This document shows positions 61,669 to 64,000 of a DNA stretch of 64,000 bases, one piece after another; the first letter of the stretch is position 1; every line of letters begins with the position of its first letter. Made by a program: the position numbers and the translations under genes. Source of the stretch: a virus; IMG/VR virus record IMGVR_UViG_3300021963_000034, positions 89,556-153,555 of that record; one strand, written 5' to 3'. The notes below the pieces were generated by a model that was not told where the DNA came from, did no database searches, and was given only the letters and a program-made list of their open reading frames with translations.

Positions 61669-62028
61669 TAAGAAGTTCAAGGAACACCACTCAATGACTG
61701 ACATTACCAGCATCAAAGAGTTTTTCACAAATGAAGAATGGTATGCAATTTATGATGCAATGAGTGAGTTTCAAGATCATGGTGATGATGAAGCAGAATT
61801 GACTGATTCTGTGCAATCTAAAATCTCCAAACTGTTTCTGAACTGAATCATGCGTAGTTACTCTCCTGCTTGTGACATTGAAACGAAACAACTTGTTTGG
61901 AGTTGTTTTATGTTTGGTAAACAACTTGCACATAAGGACAAACCACAAGTTCATGATTCTGTGTTTCTTTCAGGTCTCTATTCAAGACGTTATGATGATG
62001 AAGTAAAGACTCCTACATTCTGATTCTT

Positions 62029-62059
62029 TTGTCCTGAAGTATGACAATAAACTGCTTCA
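62029..62059 (+). other. compact H-type RNA pseudoknot
   Basis: P1 TTGTC/GACAA, P2 TGAAGTA/TGCTTCA, loops of 1, 1 and 5 nt. Confidence 0.55.
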
Positions 62060-62087
62060 TTCACTCTCTTACTTTTTCTTTTTGATT

Positions 62088-62228
62088 ATGTCTAAGTCCG
62101 TGATGATTTCGCTTCTCAAGCAAGGTCAAACTGGTGATCAGATTCTGTCGATTCTTGATACTCTTGTGAGTGATAAAGATGCTGATATTGAGGGTGGTTA
62201 TGCTGCTCTGAGTGATGATGATTTTTGA
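62088..62228 (+). CDS. small hypothetical protein, not in ORF track
   Basis: MSKSVMISLLKQGQTGDQILSILDTLV...DDDF. Confidence 0.6.
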   Translation: MSKSVMISLLKQGQTGDQILSILDTLVSDKDADIEGGYAALSDDDF

Positions 62229-62245
62229 TTGGTAGATAATTCGAT

Positions 62246-62276
62246 AAAAAGAGGAGTTTAATACTCCTCTTTTTTT
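62246..62276. terminator. bidirectional intrinsic terminator
   Basis: aaaaagaggagt-ttaat-actcctcttttt-tt. Confidence 0.8.
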
Positions 62277-62444
62277 GTGTTTGTATGAAAAACAGTTTTT
62301 TCTGTAATTTCATTTGTGGTGCATGAGTCTTTTACATTACTGATGAAATGAAAGGTTTTTGAGGTTTTTGCTCTAGTGTCCATCAGGGTTCTCAGCGAGT
62401 CTCAAGTGCAACAGCAAAGCACACTACCACCACACTTCACCAAT

Positions 62445-62501
62445 GTGCCAATTCAAGTTCTGTCACAATCAATCACCACATTGCACAAAATCATATATTG
62501 T
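62445..62501 (+). promoter_or_regulatory. palindrome-promoter element #20
   Basis: GTGCCA-attcaagttc-TGTCAC; TATTGT. Confidence 0.75.
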
Positions 62502-62524
62502 ATTGATGTATTGATCATTCTTTG

Positions 62525-62992
62525 ATGATGACAAGAAGAAATGTTTGGTTAAAGTATGATGAATGGGAATCAATTTGTCAAGAACTTTCTCATGTAAAGT
62601 ATCATCCATTTGAACTTTCTAAAATGCAATTAAAAGAATGGAAGGATAGAATGAAGAAGTATCCCGAATCTTTTGATTCTTATTGTTTTGAGAGAGTGAG
62701 TATCTATTCTGTAGTTGAAGAATTGAAAAGTTCTAAACTGCAAAATGTTTTGTATAAAGAATACTATCGTTCTCAAGATATAATGGATGCAATGTCTTTT
62801 AATTGTACTTTTGCTGGATTTATTCTTAATCATGCAGAGAACGTGAATGAGAATACTACAACTGAAGAATGGGAGTCAAATAGAATTAAATTGGATAAAT
62901 GTATGAATGATAGTGATAAAAAAAGATGGTTTTGTGATGACATTGTAAAACTCTATGAAGAGCAGTGTGCCAATCATCAAACCGTCCACTAA
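62525..62992 (+). CDS. hypothetical protein (single-gene cassette)
   Basis: lies between elements #20 and #21; AT-rich. Confidence 0.6.
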   Translation: MMTRRNVWLKYDEWESICQELSHVKYHPFELSKMQLKEWKDRMKKYPESFDSYCFERVSIYSVVEELKSSKLQNVLYKEYYRSQDIMDAMSFNCTFAGFILNHAENVNENTTTEEWESNRIKLDKCMNDSDKKRWFCDDIVKLYEEQCANHQTVH

Positions 62993-63023
62993 ATCAACCA
63001 CTGGTGTCTAGAACCTGTATTCT
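62967..63023 (+). promoter_or_regulatory. palindrome-promoter element #21
   Basis: GTGCCA-atcatcaaac-CGTCCA; TATTCT. Confidence 0.7.
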
Positions 63024-63047
63024 TAAGAAGTTCAAGGGATTCTTCAA

Positions 63048-63627
63048 ATGACTTTCCAAGACGCACTGATCGCAACAGGTTATTTCTTTCAACCTGAATG
63101 TGGTGCATTTTGCAAGGAAGATTGCAACTGGAATCTTCATTCTTATGTTGAACAAACTGAAGGTACTTGGTCGTATGAAAAGTATGATCAAGATGGTCAA
63201 TTTGTGACTTCCAAAGTATTCTCTCTGAACTGATTATGAACTACTACAAAGTCACCCAAATTGAGTTTGATTTTGACTATGAAGATCTCACTGAAGAAGA
63301 ACAAAATGAGATCATTTCAGAAGCAACAAATTGTCTTTGGACTTCACCAACTGAAGAAGATCTAACAAATACAATTAGTGACAACATGGGTTGGTGCATT
63401 AAGTCTCTTCAATATGACATCATCCATGCTTAATTTCTGTTTGTTTGCATCTATTGTTCTTCGTTTTCACTTTCATCATGCTTGAACTTCTCATTGCTTC
63501 TACGATCATTGGTTCTACTGAAATTGCGCCAAATGTATTACAAATTGAGTATCTTACACCAAACAATTCAGTTGTAACTATTCTTGATAATGTTGAAATT
63601 AAAGGAGGACAAATAGACAATGATTGA
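63048..63627 (+). other. three small ORFs (63048, 63236, 63478)
   Basis: 63236 is a paralog of 60952. Confidence 0.6.
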
Positions 63628-63633
63628 AACTAA

Positions 63634-63690
63634 GTGCCAGTTGAAGAACTGTCACAATAAATGAGCACAGTGCTCAAAATGATGTATTCT
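63634..63690 (+). promoter_or_regulatory. palindrome-promoter element #22
   Basis: GTGCCA-gttgaagaac-TGTCAC; gagcac-a-gtgctc; TATTCT. Confidence 0.8.
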
Positions 63691-64000
63691 TAAAGAGTCG
63701 AAAACAACTCAACCGACATGTTTGCTGTTCTTCCTACTTCTCTGCCACAAGATGATGCAGAATGGTACACTGATTTAGAACAAGCGTATGATGTTGCATT
63801 TGATTGGAGTGTTGAACTTTCTGGTGAACGTGTCAACATTTATGAAGTTCGTGGTATGAACTTTATCAAACTAACTGAGGTGTTTGCATGAACACTTATC
63901 GTATGCTGATTGAGTATTGGGTTCCTGATGAAGATGAGAATCTTTATGAGGAAAAGATCATTCAATCGCGTTCATCATGTGGTAAGATTGCTGATGATTA

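Noticed and set aside
62029-62059. Hammerhead ribozyme or SAM-II/preQ1 riboswitch
   Set aside because: Lacks the CUGANGA/GAAA three-way core and the conserved ligand-binding nucleotides as far as I can judge by eye.
1092-63620. All minus-strand ORFs in the track
   Set aside because: They overlap better-supported + strand genes, have no recognisable motifs and no associated promoters.
23157-63690. Repeated element as a CRISPR array
   Set aside because: Copies are degenerate and separated by 0.4-6 kb of genes rather than ~35-bp spacers; no cas genes.
1-64000. tRNA genes
   Set aside because: No cloverleaf with a GTTCRA T-loop and acceptor stem noticed in the few intergenic gaps; a tRNAscan run would confirm.

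Overview
This window is 64 kb of a large, AT-rich T4-like myovirus genome, most likely a cyanophage. The evidence is a plant-type ferredoxin, cyanobacteria-like small proteins, TAAATA late promoters and sigma70-type promoters. Every credible gene is on the + strand. (1) 1-2915: glycosyltransferase/sugar-modification genes, including an internally deleted NDP-sugar dehydratase pseudogene. (2) 2946-20302: late virion/tail-fibre module with a PKD-domain protein, a Pro-poor collagen-like fibre with a C-terminal peptidase S74 chaperone, and a 1874-aa structural protein. (3) 20351-23159: beta-propeller glycosidase-like gene and a TPR-FkbM-2OG-oxygenase fusion. (4) 23157-64000: hyperplastic early region of more than 100 small ORFs, two free-standing homing endonucleases, petF, RlpA, a SET protein and a helicase/nuclease/MTase-like/Mom island. 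Main non-ORF structures: (a) 22 co-oriented copies of a palindromic element GTG(A/C)CA-N10-TG(T/G)CAC, 29-31 bp upstream of a -10 box in all but one copy. They divide the region into gene cassettes, often supply the upstream stop codon, and in one case appear to have decapitated a gene. (b) An identical late promoter-small RNA-terminator-late promoter module in front of both endonucleases, where the small RNA is complementary to the endonuclease leader. (c) A family of late-promoter genes with T4-like capsid-targeting N-termini embedded in the early region. (d) A compact H-type pseudoknot leader. All family assignments come from motif recognition only; no searches were run.
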